DNA of 64,000 bases from Opitutaceae bacterium. GTDB lineage: Bacteria; Verrucomicrobiota; Verrucomicrobiia; Opitutales; Coraliomargaritaceae. Position numbers and translations under genes: made by a program. Below the pieces are notes generated by a model. That model was not told the DNA's origin. It saw nothing but the letters and a program-made list of their open reading frames with translations, and did not search any database. The stretch lies in the NCBI GenBank assembly GCA_051252375.1, contig JBPOFY010000003.1, positions 224,001-288,000 on the forward strand. Direction: 5' to 3'. Below are positions 1 through 9,671 of the stretch, piece after piece (position 1 is the stretch's first letter; every line of letters begins with the position of its first letter).

Positions 1-803
1 TGTTCTTCCCATCGCCGAACATCCATCATCCATTCACTCCGGCAGAGCAATTCAAAGGCACTAGCCAGGCGGGGCTGTATGGCGATTTTATTCACGAGCT
101 CGACTGGCAAGTCGGCGAAATCGTCAAATGCCTGGAAGAAAACGGCCTAGCTGAAAATACGCTCATCATAGTGACTAGTGACAATGGCGGCATGTTTAAT
201 CGTGGCGGGCAGGATGCGTTCCAAGACGGCCACCGTGTAAACGGCGATCTCCTTGGTTTTAAGTTTGGTGTTTGGGAGGGTGGTCACCGGGTGCCATTTA
301 TTGCCAAGTGGCCGGGCAAGATTCAACCGGGTTCGGTCTCTGATCAGTTGATCAGTGGTGTCGACATGTTGGCCACTTTTGCTGCAGTTACCGGACAGAC
401 AGTTGTAGCCGATCAGGTTGCAGACAGTATTAATGTGCTGCCCGCGCTCGTCGGTGATCCGGATTCGCCCTTGCGTGAGACTCTGGTTATCAGTCCGAAC
501 AAGCCCAGTCATTTGTCGATTCGCCAAGGTAAGTGGATGTATATCCCGGCACAAGGGAGTGGCGGATTCACTGGTAAGCCCGGCAGTCATGGCGCTGGGG
601 GCCCCGCCTGCATTTCATTCGTCGGCAGCGAAAACAGCGATATTGAGGACGGGAAAATCAAAAAAAACGCGCCTCCCGCTCAGCTTTACGACATGGATGC
701 TGATATTAGCCAGAGCACCAACCTCTATAGCCAGTATCCAGAGGTCGTGCAGGAGATGGAGACCTTGTTGAAAACTTTTCGACCCACCAAAGGAAAAAGG
801 TAG
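1..803 (+). CDS. Sulfatase (S1 family), 3' part; 5' end lies outside the window
   Basis: Frame is open from base 3 (FFPSPNIHHPF...YGDFIHELDWQVGEI...NTLIIVTSDNGG), then G-x-K...WEGGHRVPFIAKWPG and QLYD...YPEVV, which are typical sulfatase C-terminal motifs. Confidence 0.9.
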   Translation, partial: FFPSPNIHHPFTPAEQFKGTSQAGLYGDFIHELDWQVGEIVKCLEENGLAENTLIIVTSDNGGMFNRGGQDAFQDGHRVNGDLLGFKFGVWEGGHRVPFIAKWPGKIQPGSVSDQLISGVDMLATFAAVTGQTVVADQVADSINVLPALVGDPDSPLRETLVISPNKPSHLSIRQGKWMYIPAQGSGGFTGKPGSHGAGGPACISFVGSENSDIEDGKIKKNAPPAQLYDMDADISQSTNLYSQYPEVVQEMETLLKTFRPTKGKR

Positions 804-853
804 GGGGGAGGGTCTAAAATCATTGGTTCATCGTCGATCGTGGGATGCTAGTA

Positions 854-891
854 ATATAACCATTCTTCGACTAGTCGGTGAATGGTTATAT
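854..891. terminator. Near-perfect 38-bp palindrome after the sulfatase; probable terminator hairpin
   Basis: ATATAACCATTC (854-865) / GAATGGTTATAT (880-891) around the inner palindrome CGACTAGTCG. Confidence 0.55.
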
Positions 892-1055
892 CGCGTGTTT
901 ATTTGGATGAATTTAAGGTATTTTTCCGTGCGTCCTAGGTAATGTAATTAAAGTGTTAAACGTTTGTTTCGTTAGTTTTTAGGGTTTATCACTCATTCGG
1001 GGACGTCTATAAGAATAGGTAATATTGGGCCATGGAAATATAAAATTATCTGCAT

Positions 1056-2516
1056 ATGAAAATACCGCTTCCGAAAACCCTAGCAATTATTGCTACAATT
1101 TTACTCCCGGTTCTGGCGGTCGCGGAACGACCAGTGCTTACCATGCCGTTGGATGCCTGTATTGAGCAGGCATTACAAAACAACCAACGCCGTCCGGCTT
1201 CCGAGTTTGCCGTTGCGATGGCTGAGGCGCAGCACCAGCAGGCACTGTCTGCTTACTGGCCGCAGGTGGGCTTTGTCGGTTCGTATTCGCACAGGAGTGA
1301 ACGGCCGAACTTTCTCTTCCCCTCGACGGAGTTCAACCTTCCTGCCAGCACGGCGGTTATCAACGTCCCGGCGGGTGTTCTTGGGCCCAGTTCGGTGTCT
1401 CTACCCGTGAGTGTGCCCGCTCAGAGTTTTGAAACGCCTGCACTTGATGTTGAGTTGCTGGATGTGGACTCGTTTACGGCTTCGTTGGAGATGAAATGGC
1501 TGCTGTATGATGGCGGTATGCGCAAAGGCTTGAGGCAGCAGTCCAGTAGTGGCTTGGAGGCAGCTAGGCAGGCCGCTCGTTTGACTGAGTTGGAAATCGT
1601 GGACAGTGTGAAACGCACTTATTACGGTGCGGTTCTGGCGAAGCAGCTTTTGAAACTTGGCGAGGACACAGGTGAACGTATGGAAGCGACGCTGAATCTC
1701 ACTGAAACGATGTATAAGGAAGGCGCCGGCGGCGTGAATAAGACGGACTACCTGAGTAACAAGGTGATGGTCGACAGTATCCGTGCAGTGGTCGCCACGC
1801 TCAATGGTAACGAGATCATGGCACGCGCAGCGCTCGCGAACTTCATGGGTTTGTCTTGGCGGGATAGTGTGACTCCGGCGGATGAACAGCTGGAATTTTC
1901 ACGGATGGAAATCAATCTGGAATCGCTGGTCGGCACGGCTTATCGGTTTAGTCCAAACTGGGCGCGCATGGAGGCCGGGCTGGATGCGGCGAAAGGTAAC
2001 ATCCGCACGGAGAAAAGCGGTCATCAACCACGCATCGCGCTGATGGGGGAGGTTCACCAATACTGGAATTCGATGGATTCGGGCTTGAGCACAAATGATA
2101 ACCTTAAAGGTTGGAGCCTTGGTGTCGGCATGGAGATCCCTATATTTGATGGCTTTTTGGTTCGTAATAAAGTGCGCCATGCCACGGCGAAACTACGCCA
2201 GATGGAGGCGCAACAGATCCTGCTGGAAGAAGGCATCGGGTTGCAGGTGCGACATATTATCGTGATGCTGGATGCCACAGCTACTCAGTATCAGAGCACG
2301 AAGGCTGCGATGGAATCAGCCACTGAAAACCGCGATTTGAATGAGCGGGCTTACCGGAATGGCTTGGTGGAGACGGAAGAGGTGATCGAGGCTCAGTTGA
2401 TTGAGTCGCTCATGTCGGCTCGCCACTACCGAGTTGCTTTTGAGTATCTCAATTTACTGTCTCAACTCGACCTAGTCGTGGGCACGGAGGTGCTTGAGCA
2501 GTTGGCCAACTTGTAA
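1056..2516 (+). CDS. TolC-family outer membrane protein with a long insertion in the first extracellular loop
   Basis: Signal peptide; LDACIEQALQNN; YWPQVGF; LLYDGG; second repeat QPRIAL...IPIFDGF; C-terminal AYRNG...EVIEAQ...QLDLVVG. These are the two outer-membrane efflux repeats. Confidence 0.9.
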   Translation: MKIPLPKTLAIIATILLPVLAVAERPVLTMPLDACIEQALQNNQRRPASEFAVAMAEAQHQQALSAYWPQVGFVGSYSHRSERPNFLFPSTEFNLPASTAVINVPAGVLGPSSVSLPVSVPAQSFETPALDVELLDVDSFTASLEMKWLLYDGGMRKGLRQQSSSGLEAARQAARLTELEIVDSVKRTYYGAVLAKQLLKLGEDTGERMEATLNLTETMYKEGAGGVNKTDYLSNKVMVDSIRAVVATLNGNEIMARAALANFMGLSWRDSVTPADEQLEFSRMEINLESLVGTAYRFSPNWARMEAGLDAAKGNIRTEKSGHQPRIALMGEVHQYWNSMDSGLSTNDNLKGWSLGVGMEIPIFDGFLVRNKVRHATAKLRQMEAQQILLEEGIGLQVRHIIVMLDATATQYQSTKAAMESATENRDLNERAYRNGLVETEEVIEAQLIESLMSARHYRVAFEYLNLLSQLDLVVGTEVLEQLANL

Positions 2517-2532
2517 AGGACAGTAAGCAATT

Positions 2533-3495
2533 ATGAATAAGACGAGGACGGAGCCATGTAGATCGCGAGCCTTTACGATTCGTTGGCGCGCCTGTTTCCT
2601 CGCGGGTTGTGCTTTTGCGGTGGCTGCCCTCTGCGAGGCAAAAAATGAGACACCGCCACTAGGCGATACCGATGATCCTATGGTGCGAATTATTCTCTCT
2701 ACGAGCACGATTTCGGGAGCCAGTGTTAATGATGTGATTTCGGCGTTTCGGATATGGACGTATGAATTATCGAAGGACTTAGATTTGACGGTTGCTGATG
2801 ACGTTCTGGTATTGAGTCGGGTGGAGGACATCGTTCGCGAGTTGGAGAGCAACCCCAACCATCTTGTTTCAATGTCTATTCCCGAATACCTGAATTGTGG
2901 CTCTGAAAGATTCTCTGAAAAGATCTACTTAGGGGAAATCGATGGGATATTTGGCACTCGTTACTTACTACTGGTTCGTGACGATGGCCCGATTGTCGAA
3001 CTGGGCGATCTGGGGGGCAAGAAACTGGTCAGTTACGTTAACCGTGAAACTTCGATCTCTGAAGAGTGGTTTCAGTATCAACTGATGCAAGCCGACTTGA
3101 AACCAGCTGGTGAATTGCTGCAGTCGTATTCGATGGAGGAGGATCTCTCGAAAACGGTGCTAGGTGTCTTTTTCGGTAATCAGGATGCCTGCCTCGTCTC
3201 CGAGAGGTCGTTTAACTTGATGTGCGAATTGAATCCACAGCTGAAGGTTCAGCTGCGGGTTCTCTTGCAGTCGCCGGAGGTGGTCGGCGGTGCCATGTTT
3301 ATCCAGGCAAACTACGACCCGGAGTTGGAACCGTTGTTGGATGAAGGGATTGAAACATTGGATAAGAAGGTTTCGGGGCAACAAATTCGAACGCTCTTTC
3401 GTTCCGGGGCTGTGCATGCCTCGGATGTCAGTGAGTTGGAGGAAACGATCGGGCTCTATCAGAAATGGATTCAATCAGGAGGTGATGCAATCTGA
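2533..3495 (+). CDS. PhnD/SsuA-like periplasmic substrate-binding protein, paralog 1
   Basis: Signal peptide; YLLLVRDDGPI..LGDLGGKKL; VLGVFFGNQDACLV; ELNPQL..QLRVL.QSP pattern of the PBP2 phosphonate-binding-like fold. Confidence 0.75.
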   Translation: MNKTRTEPCRSRAFTIRWRACFLAGCAFAVAALCEAKNETPPLGDTDDPMVRIILSTSTISGASVNDVISAFRIWTYELSKDLDLTVADDVLVLSRVEDIVRELESNPNHLVSMSIPEYLNCGSERFSEKIYLGEIDGIFGTRYLLLVRDDGPIVELGDLGGKKLVSYVNRETSISEEWFQYQLMQADLKPAGELLQSYSMEEDLSKTVLGVFFGNQDACLVSERSFNLMCELNPQLKVQLRVLLQSPEVVGGAMFIQANYDPELEPLLDEGIETLDKKVSGQQIRTLFRSGAVHASDVSELEETIGLYQKWIQSGGDAI

Positions 3496-4454
3496 TGAGT
3501 CGATTGAATCTAAAATACAGGCCTCAGGCCTTTGCGATTCGTTCGTTGACCTGCGTCTTCGCGGTTTGTGCTTTTGTGCTAATCGCGATCTGCAATGCCC
3601 AAAATGAGGCGTCGCCACAGCGCGATGCCAGTGATCCGGATGTGCGGATTATTATCTCTTCGGGCACGGTGTCGGGCGCCAGTGCTCATGATGTGATTGC
3701 GGCGTTCCGGGTCTGGACATATGAATTGGGGAAGGAATTAAATCTGCCGCTGACTCAAGACGTTCTGATTTTGAGCCGAGTGGAAGACATCGTTCGCGAG
3801 TTAGATCTCAATTCAAACCATCTGGTTTCACTGTCTATTCCCGAATACCTGAATTGTGGCACGGAAAGATTCTCTGAAAAAATCTACCTAGGCAAACTCG
3901 ATGGGAAATTTGGCAATCGATACTTACTACTGGTTCGTGACGATGGCCCGATTGACGAATTGGGCGATCTGGCGGGCAAGACACTAGTCTCTCACGTTAA
4001 CCGTGAAACTTCGATCTCCAAAGAGTGGTTTCAGTATCAACTGATGCAAGCCGACTTGAAACCACCTGGTGAATTGCTGAAGTCGTATTCGATGGAGGAG
4101 GATCTCTCGAAAACGGTGCTAAGTGTTTTTTTCGGCAACCAGGATGCCTGTATCGTCTCCGAGAGGTCTTTTAAACTGATGAGCGAACTGAACCCACAAC
4201 TGAAGGTTCAGTTGCGGGTGCTCATCCAGTCGCCGGAGGTGGTAGGCGGTGCCATGTTTATCCAGGCAGACTACGATCCGGAGTTTGAATTGTTGGTGGA
4301 CAGGGCGCTTGAAGTGTTAGATCTGACGGCTTCGGGGAAACAAATTCAAACGCTGTTTCGTTCCGGGGCCGTGCATGTCTCGGATGTTAGTATATTGGAG
4401 GAAACGATTGGGCTTTATCAGAAATGGACTCAATCAGGAGGTGATGAAATCTGA
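3495..4454 (+). CDS. PhnD/SsuA-like periplasmic substrate-binding protein, paralog 2
   Basis: Close paralog of 2533..3495 with long identical DNA stretches; TGATG overlap with the upstream gene. Confidence 0.75.
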   Translation: MSRLNLKYRPQAFAIRSLTCVFAVCAFVLIAICNAQNEASPQRDASDPDVRIIISSGTVSGASAHDVIAAFRVWTYELGKELNLPLTQDVLILSRVEDIVRELDLNSNHLVSLSIPEYLNCGTERFSEKIYLGKLDGKFGNRYLLLVRDDGPIDELGDLAGKTLVSHVNRETSISKEWFQYQLMQADLKPPGELLKSYSMEEDLSKTVLSVFFGNQDACIVSERSFKLMSELNPQLKVQLRVLIQSPEVVGGAMFIQADYDPEFELLVDRALEVLDLTASGKQIQTLFRSGAVHVSDVSILEETIGLYQKWTQSGGDEI

Positions 4455-5413
4455 TGAGTCTATTGAATCTAAAAGTCAGAGTGCAGGCCTTAGCGACACG
4501 TTGGGGAATCTACTCCCTTGCGGCCTGTGCTTTCGTGGTGACGGCGCACAGCGATGCAACAATTGAGGCAAGGGTGCAGAGCGATGCTGATGAACCTGAA
4601 GTGCGGATTATTCTTTCCTCGAGTGGGTTGTCGGGGGTGAATGTGAATGATACGATTTCGGCGTTTCGGGTTTGGACGAATGAATTGACGAAGGGCTTAA
4701 ACATGCGGGTTTCTGATACGGTTCTCGTTCTGGATAGCGTGGAAGAAATCAATCGCGAATTGGATAGCGGAGCAAATCATCTAGTTTCCCTGTCCATTTC
4801 CGAATACTTGAATTGTGGATCGGCTCGATTTAGTGAAAAAATCTACATCGGCAAAAACGATGGGAAGGTTGGCGCTCGATACTTACTACTTGTTCGCGAC
4901 GATGCTCCAATTACCGAGTTGGGTGATCTGTCGGGCAAGAAACTCGTCTGCTACGATCACCGTGAAACTTCGCTCTCTGATGAGTGGTTTCAGTATCAAC
5001 TGATGCAAGCCGACTTGAAGCCTGCAGGTGAATTGCTGCAGTCGTATTCGAAAGATCAGGATCTTTCGAAAACGGTGCTGGGTGTCTTTTTCGGTAATCA
5101 GGATGCCTGTATCGTCTCCGATAGCTCGTTTGAATTGCTGTGCGAACTGAATCCACAGCTGAAGGCACGGCTACGGGTTCTCATGCAGTCGCCGCAGGTG
5201 ATCGGAGGGGCACTGTTTACGCAGGTCGGCTACGACCCTGAATTGGAAGTGTTGGTGGAGCAGTCGCTGGATACGCTGGGTGATAAGATTTCGGGGCATC
5301 AAATCCTGACACTCTTTCGGTCAAATTCCGTGATTGTCGCGGATCTCAGTGAGTTGGCGGAAACGATCGGGCTCTATAAGAAATGGATTCGAACTGGAGG
5401 GGATGAAAGATGA
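4454..5413 (+). CDS. PhnD/SsuA-like periplasmic substrate-binding protein, paralog 3
   Basis: Same motifs (EWFQYQLMQADLKP, VFFGNQDAC, ELNPQLK); TGATG overlap. Confidence 0.75.
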   Translation: MSLLNLKVRVQALATRWGIYSLAACAFVVTAHSDATIEARVQSDADEPEVRIILSSSGLSGVNVNDTISAFRVWTNELTKGLNMRVSDTVLVLDSVEEINRELDSGANHLVSLSISEYLNCGSARFSEKIYIGKNDGKVGARYLLLVRDDAPITELGDLSGKKLVCYDHRETSLSDEWFQYQLMQADLKPAGELLQSYSKDQDLSKTVLGVFFGNQDACIVSDSSFELLCELNPQLKARLRVLMQSPQVIGGALFTQVGYDPELEVLVEQSLDTLGDKISGHQILTLFRSNSVIVADLSELAETIGLYKKWIRTGGDER

Positions 5414-6351
5414 TGGGCCGGTTTAGGCTAAAATGCATCGGGTGTTTACTCGGGGTGTTGATGTGTTTGCTGCTCACGGCAGCAAATACGCAAGCTGTCC
5501 CCGAGGGGCAGCTGCGTGTGGCTTTTGACCGGTCACTGTTTCATGGCCTGAATGAGAATGATGCCGTGGCCGCATTGAAAGTTTGGGTAAAACATTTCAC
5601 CAAAACGCAAGGGGTGGATATGGAAGTCGAAATTGTCAGCTATGAGTCGCGGGGGGAGGTGGATCGGTTGCTGGCTGAGGAAGGGGCGGATCTTTTCATT
5701 ATGAGTGCGGCCGGTTTTTTGGGGACGGCACCAGAGCTTCGTTCCACTATTATTCCTCAGTTTACTTCAGCGTTACAGGACGGGTCGCCATTTGAATCTT
5801 ATCACCTGCTTTCGCATGTCGATTCGAACCTCTTGCAGTGGGAGGACTTGGCTGGAAAAGACATCATTCTGTTGGACGCCAATCGGGCCCACCTTACGAG
5901 AGAATGGTTCCTTCAAGGGGTAGCGGCTCACGGCTTGCAACATGAGGGGATGGATATTCAGGTCGTGGAAAATATTTCTCAGGCGATTTTACCAGTGTTC
6001 TTTAAGCAAGCGGATGCGTGCATCGTCAATAATAGCGGTTACGAGCTGATGAAAGAGTTCAACCCGCAGATTGGTCAGAAATTGAAGACAGTAGTGACTT
6101 CTCCTGAGTTTTCGGAAACACTTATCTGTCTTCGCGAAAATTATCAGAGTCACCGCGATGAGGTCATTAAGGGCTTACGTGAGTTAGACGAAGACCCCAC
6201 CGGTCGCCAAGTGGTTCTCATTTTTAAGATCGATCAGCTGATCGAATTTGAGGCTCATTATTTGGATTCGGCTAAAGAATTATTAAATGATATTGAGGGT
6301 GTCAGTAATCCGTGGAGTTCAGCTCTGGTAGAGTCTGTCGACGGCGATTAA
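5410..6351 (+). CDS. PhnD/SsuA-like periplasmic substrate-binding protein, divergent paralog 4
   Basis: NDAVAALKVW, DLAGKDI, AILPVFFKQADACIV, EFNPQIGQKL, G.QV..IFKI align with paralogs 1-3; ATGA overlap. Confidence 0.75.
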   Translation: MMGRFRLKCIGCLLGVLMCLLLTAANTQAVPEGQLRVAFDRSLFHGLNENDAVAALKVWVKHFTKTQGVDMEVEIVSYESRGEVDRLLAEEGADLFIMSAAGFLGTAPELRSTIIPQFTSALQDGSPFESYHLLSHVDSNLLQWEDLAGKDIILLDANRAHLTREWFLQGVAAHGLQHEGMDIQVVENISQAILPVFFKQADACIVNNSGYELMKEFNPQIGQKLKTVVTSPEFSETLICLRENYQSHRDEVIKGLRELDEDPTGRQVVLIFKIDQLIEFEAHYLDSAKELLNDIEGVSNPWSSALVESVDGD

Positions 6352-6354
6352 TCA

Positions 6355-9300
6355 TTGAATTTAACAAGTAAGCAGATGATGACAGCAAAGACCAAATCTC
6401 TGAAAAAATCTGGAATTTTCTTCCGAACCGCTGGCCTTGCTTGGGGCATCGCTTTGATGGTCGTCTTCATCTTGGCTGTCTTGATCATTCCTGGCCAGAA
6501 GCGGGCCTTTCAAGGGCAATTGCGCTCCAAGTCTCAAGCGGTCGCCGCATCACTACATGAGGTGACATCTGGGTCTGTTGTATCCGAAGACTACAGCGCA
6601 GTGGTGGATCACTGTATGAAGGTCCTCGATGGTGATTCTGGTATTTTGTATCTCGTGATCACGCGTAACGATGGTTTTTCTTTGATCCATCGGCGGGGAA
6701 ATTGGGAAATGCAGGATCTCGGCGACGAATGGCGACCCAGTGATCGGAAGCGCACGGATGGCTTTGTTGAGACAACACCTTTTGTTGATGAAGCACTCTT
6801 TACTCATTCTGAACCATTCGACTATTCAGGGATCGAGTGGGGCTGGCTGCATATCGGCTTGTCGCTCGAAGCCTACCATGCGGATCTGTCTGCGCTTTAC
6901 CTGCAGGTGGCATACTCCGCGTTATGTGCGCTGGGCATTACTTTCATCGTCTCGTTCTTTTATGCGCGGCAGCTATCTGATCCGATCATTAATTTACGTG
7001 ATGCTGTGTGGCGCATTGCTGGCGGGGAGCTTTCGGTAAAGGCTGCAGTCTCAGGGCCCGCCGAAATCGTGGAACTCGCCGACAGCGTGAATCGTATGAC
7101 GGTTTCGCTTAGTGAGCGTTCCCGTGTCTTGGAATTGCTGCGCACAACCGCTCAGAAATTATTGACCAATCAGGATTGGGAAAAGCAGCTGCCCGAGATT
7201 CTTCTAGATGTGGGGGAAGCGACGAATGCTTGCGGTGTTTTTGTTTACGAGTGGATCGTCAATGAGCCTGATGCGATGCTCTTCGCATGCCGTGTGGCAT
7301 GGCGGGATCCCCGCATTGGTGAATCCGTAGCACTGAATTTCCCTGAAATGTTGGACTTTAGGGACTGGGGGCTGGTTGATTATGAAAATGTCCTAAAGAA
7401 GGGGCAGCGGCTTTCGTTGATTGCTGGTAACATGAATCACCATGCAGTGCCTGCCAAATTGCGCAGTATCGGTATTGAAAATTTGATGATTACCCCCGTG
7501 TTACTGCAAAATAAAGTATGGGGGCTTCAGATTGGTGTGTCCAGTGATACTGCTCGCCAGTGGAGTCAGGTAGAGTTCAATGCTTTTAGTGCTGTCGCAG
7601 AAATGTTGAGCACCGTGCTTGAGCGTGACCGTTCGAATGCCGAATTAGTCGCGGCAAAGGAAAATGCGGAAGCCGCAAGTCGTGCGAAGACACGCTTCCT
7701 TGCGAATATGAGCCACGAGATCCGCACACCGATCAATGGTATCATGGGGATGCTTCAGCTCTTACAGCGTTCCGAACTCGATGTGCGAAATCGAGGCTAT
7801 GTGGATACCGCGATGAGCTCTTCGAACGGTTTGCTCAACGTGATTGGCAATATCCTCGATCTATCAAAAATCGAGGCAGGGAAACTGAATGTGGAAGAGT
7901 GTGAATTTTATATGAGCGAGTTCTGTTCGCGTCTGCTAGGGCCTTTTACTAGTCAGGCGAATGAAAAAGGCATCGAGCTCGTCTTATATGTTGATGAAAG
8001 CGCGTCTGGGGTTTGGAAGGGTGCGGAGGCGCGCATTGAGCAGATCATTATCAACCTGCTGGGGAATGCTTTTAAATTTACAACACGTGGTGAGGTTGTG
8101 CTGCGGGTGACAGTTGGTCAGCTTGACTCGGGGAGTGCGGAACTCATTTTCGAGGTGCGCGATACTGGTATCGGTATTTCTGAAGTGAATCAAAAGAAGG
8201 TGTTCGAATCGTTTGTGCAATTGGACGATTCCCTAACACGACGGCAAGCGGGCACTGGTCTGGGGCTGACGATCTGTCGGGACCTATGCCAAATGCTGGG
8301 CGGCTCAATTAGTTTACAGAGTGTCGAGCGTGTGGGTAGTGCCTTTACCGTGCGTATCCCCGCCATGCATATTGCCCCTGAACGGGAGATGCAGGAGGCA
8401 TCGACTATTGCTAAAGGTGGGAATCGGCGAGTCATGCTGCTAGACGACTCGCCAACTGTTCAGGATATTCTATCCACTTATATCGAGTCGTGGGGAATTG
8501 CCTGTGATTATGTGAGTGGCGAGGCGGATTGCATCGATCTGCTAAGGCGTGCTGAGGTAGAAGGAAACGAATACGATATCGTTCTGATAGATCGGAGCAT
8601 TCTAGGTCTGAATGTTTTCGACCTAGTGAAGCGTCTCCACGAACTGACTTTCACTACAGATACCGATTTTGTCTTGATGGATAATTACACTGAGCCTTTG
8701 GGCAAGAAGGAGCTCGAGCAGTTTGGGTTTACTAGCAGCGTCTGCAAACCGGTCGGCCGTTCACAGCTGTATAATGTTATTGTGAATACGCTATCGTCAG
8801 TAGAACGGCTAGGGGGCGTCGCGCGAAAACAGACAGAAGCGTCATTTTCTGCCGAAAAGCCCATGCCGCTGACTGGTCGTATTCTCGTTGCGGAAGATAA
8901 CGAGGTGAACCAAGAAGTTGCGACGGCGTTTTTGTTGGAGTTTGGGTTCGATGTGGAATGTGTGCCCAACGGTCTTGAGGCAATCAATCGGATCAATCGA
9001 GGCGGTATCGATTGTCTGTTGCTGGACTGCCAGATGCCGATAATGGATGGTTATTCCGCTGCGAGCGAGATACGTGCCATTGAAGCGAAGGAAGGACGTG
9101 AACGCTTGCCGATTATTGCCCTTACGGCACATGCCATGGAAGGGGATCGTGGACGTTGCTTGGCAGCTGGTATGGACGATTACTTGAGTAAACCCCTTGA
9201 TTTTGAGCATCTGGAATTGGCTCTGAGCCGGTATTTTTCCAGTAGCGCTGAGGCGGCGGTTGAGGCGCGTGAGAAGGTGTTACCAGTTCAATCCACCGTC

Positions 9301-9645
9301 GGAGTAGTTGAGCCGGTGTTGAATCAGGCAGGTCTTTTGGAGCGTGTTCGAGGCAATCAGCAGTTGGCCGATCGGTTGGTTGGCAAGTTTATCACACAGG
9401 CCCGTGATGATATCGCGGACATACTGGTTGCTCTCGAAAGTCGAGATATCGAAGCCTTACGTTCGGCATGTCATCGGCTCAAAGGGGCGGCATTTACAAT
9501 TTCGGCAGACGGTATCGGCAATAGCGCAAAGACTCTTGAGAAGTCGGAGGGACTGACTTGGCCCGAGCGTAAGCAAATGGTCGATGAGATCGGTGAGGCG
9601 ATCGAGATGCTGTCCGCTTCGTTTAAAGAGAGTGGTGGCGCCTAG
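6355..9645 (+). CDS. Membrane hybrid sensor histidine kinase (TM-periplasmic-TM-HAMP-GAF-HisKA-HATPase-REC-REC-HPt)
   Basis: Two TM helices; HAMP (EIVELADSVNRM); FLANMSHEIRTP; NLLGNAFKFT; DTGIGI; GTGLGL; two receiver domains (the second canonical: LLDCQMP..KP); HPt (ACHRLKGAA). The true start may be ATG 6376/6379. Confidence 0.95.
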   Translation: MNLTSKQMMTAKTKSLKKSGIFFRTAGLAWGIALMVVFILAVLIIPGQKRAFQGQLRSKSQAVAASLHEVTSGSVVSEDYSAVVDHCMKVLDGDSGILYLVITRNDGFSLIHRRGNWEMQDLGDEWRPSDRKRTDGFVETTPFVDEALFTHSEPFDYSGIEWGWLHIGLSLEAYHADLSALYLQVAYSALCALGITFIVSFFYARQLSDPIINLRDAVWRIAGGELSVKAAVSGPAEIVELADSVNRMTVSLSERSRVLELLRTTAQKLLTNQDWEKQLPEILLDVGEATNACGVFVYEWIVNEPDAMLFACRVAWRDPRIGESVALNFPEMLDFRDWGLVDYENVLKKGQRLSLIAGNMNHHAVPAKLRSIGIENLMITPVLLQNKVWGLQIGVSSDTARQWSQVEFNAFSAVAEMLSTVLERDRSNAELVAAKENAEAASRAKTRFLANMSHEIRTPINGIMGMLQLLQRSELDVRNRGYVDTAMSSSNGLLNVIGNILDLSKIEAGKLNVEECEFYMSEFCSRLLGPFTSQANEKGIELVLYVDESASGVWKGAEARIEQIIINLLGNAFKFTTRGEVVLRVTVGQLDSGSAELIFEVRDTGIGISEVNQKKVFESFVQLDDSLTRRQAGTGLGLTICRDLCQMLGGSISLQSVERVGSAFTVRIPAMHIAPEREMQEASTIAKGGNRRVMLLDDSPTVQDILSTYIESWGIACDYVSGEADCIDLLRRAEVEGNEYDIVLIDRSILGLNVFDLVKRLHELTFTTDTDFVLMDNYTEPLGKKELEQFGFTSSVCKPVGRSQLYNVIVNTLSSVERLGGVARKQTEASFSAEKPMPLTGRILVAEDNEVNQEVATAFLLEFGFDVECVPNGLEAINRINRGGIDCLLLDCQMPIMDGYSAASEIRAIEAKEGRERLPIIALTAHAMEGDRGRCLAAGMDDYLSKPLDFEHLELALSRYFSSSAEAAVEAREKVLPVQSTVGVVEPVLNQAGLLERVRGNQQLADRLVGKFITQARDDIADILVALESRDIEALRSACHRLKGAAFTISADGIGNSAKTLEKSEGLTWPERKQMVDEIGEAIEMLSASFKESGGA

Positions 9646-9671
9646 GCTTTGTAGGGCTAGGGGTTTTTCGC

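Noticed and set aside
956..967. TTAAACGTTTGT as a fifth copy of motif B upstream of the TolC operon
   Set aside because: Two mismatches in an AT-rich region; could easily be chance.
1056..6351. Conventional efflux pump or phosphonate ABC transporter (tolC/phnD gene names)
   Set aside because: No MFP, pump, PhnC or PhnE genes; family resemblance only, so no gene symbols were given.
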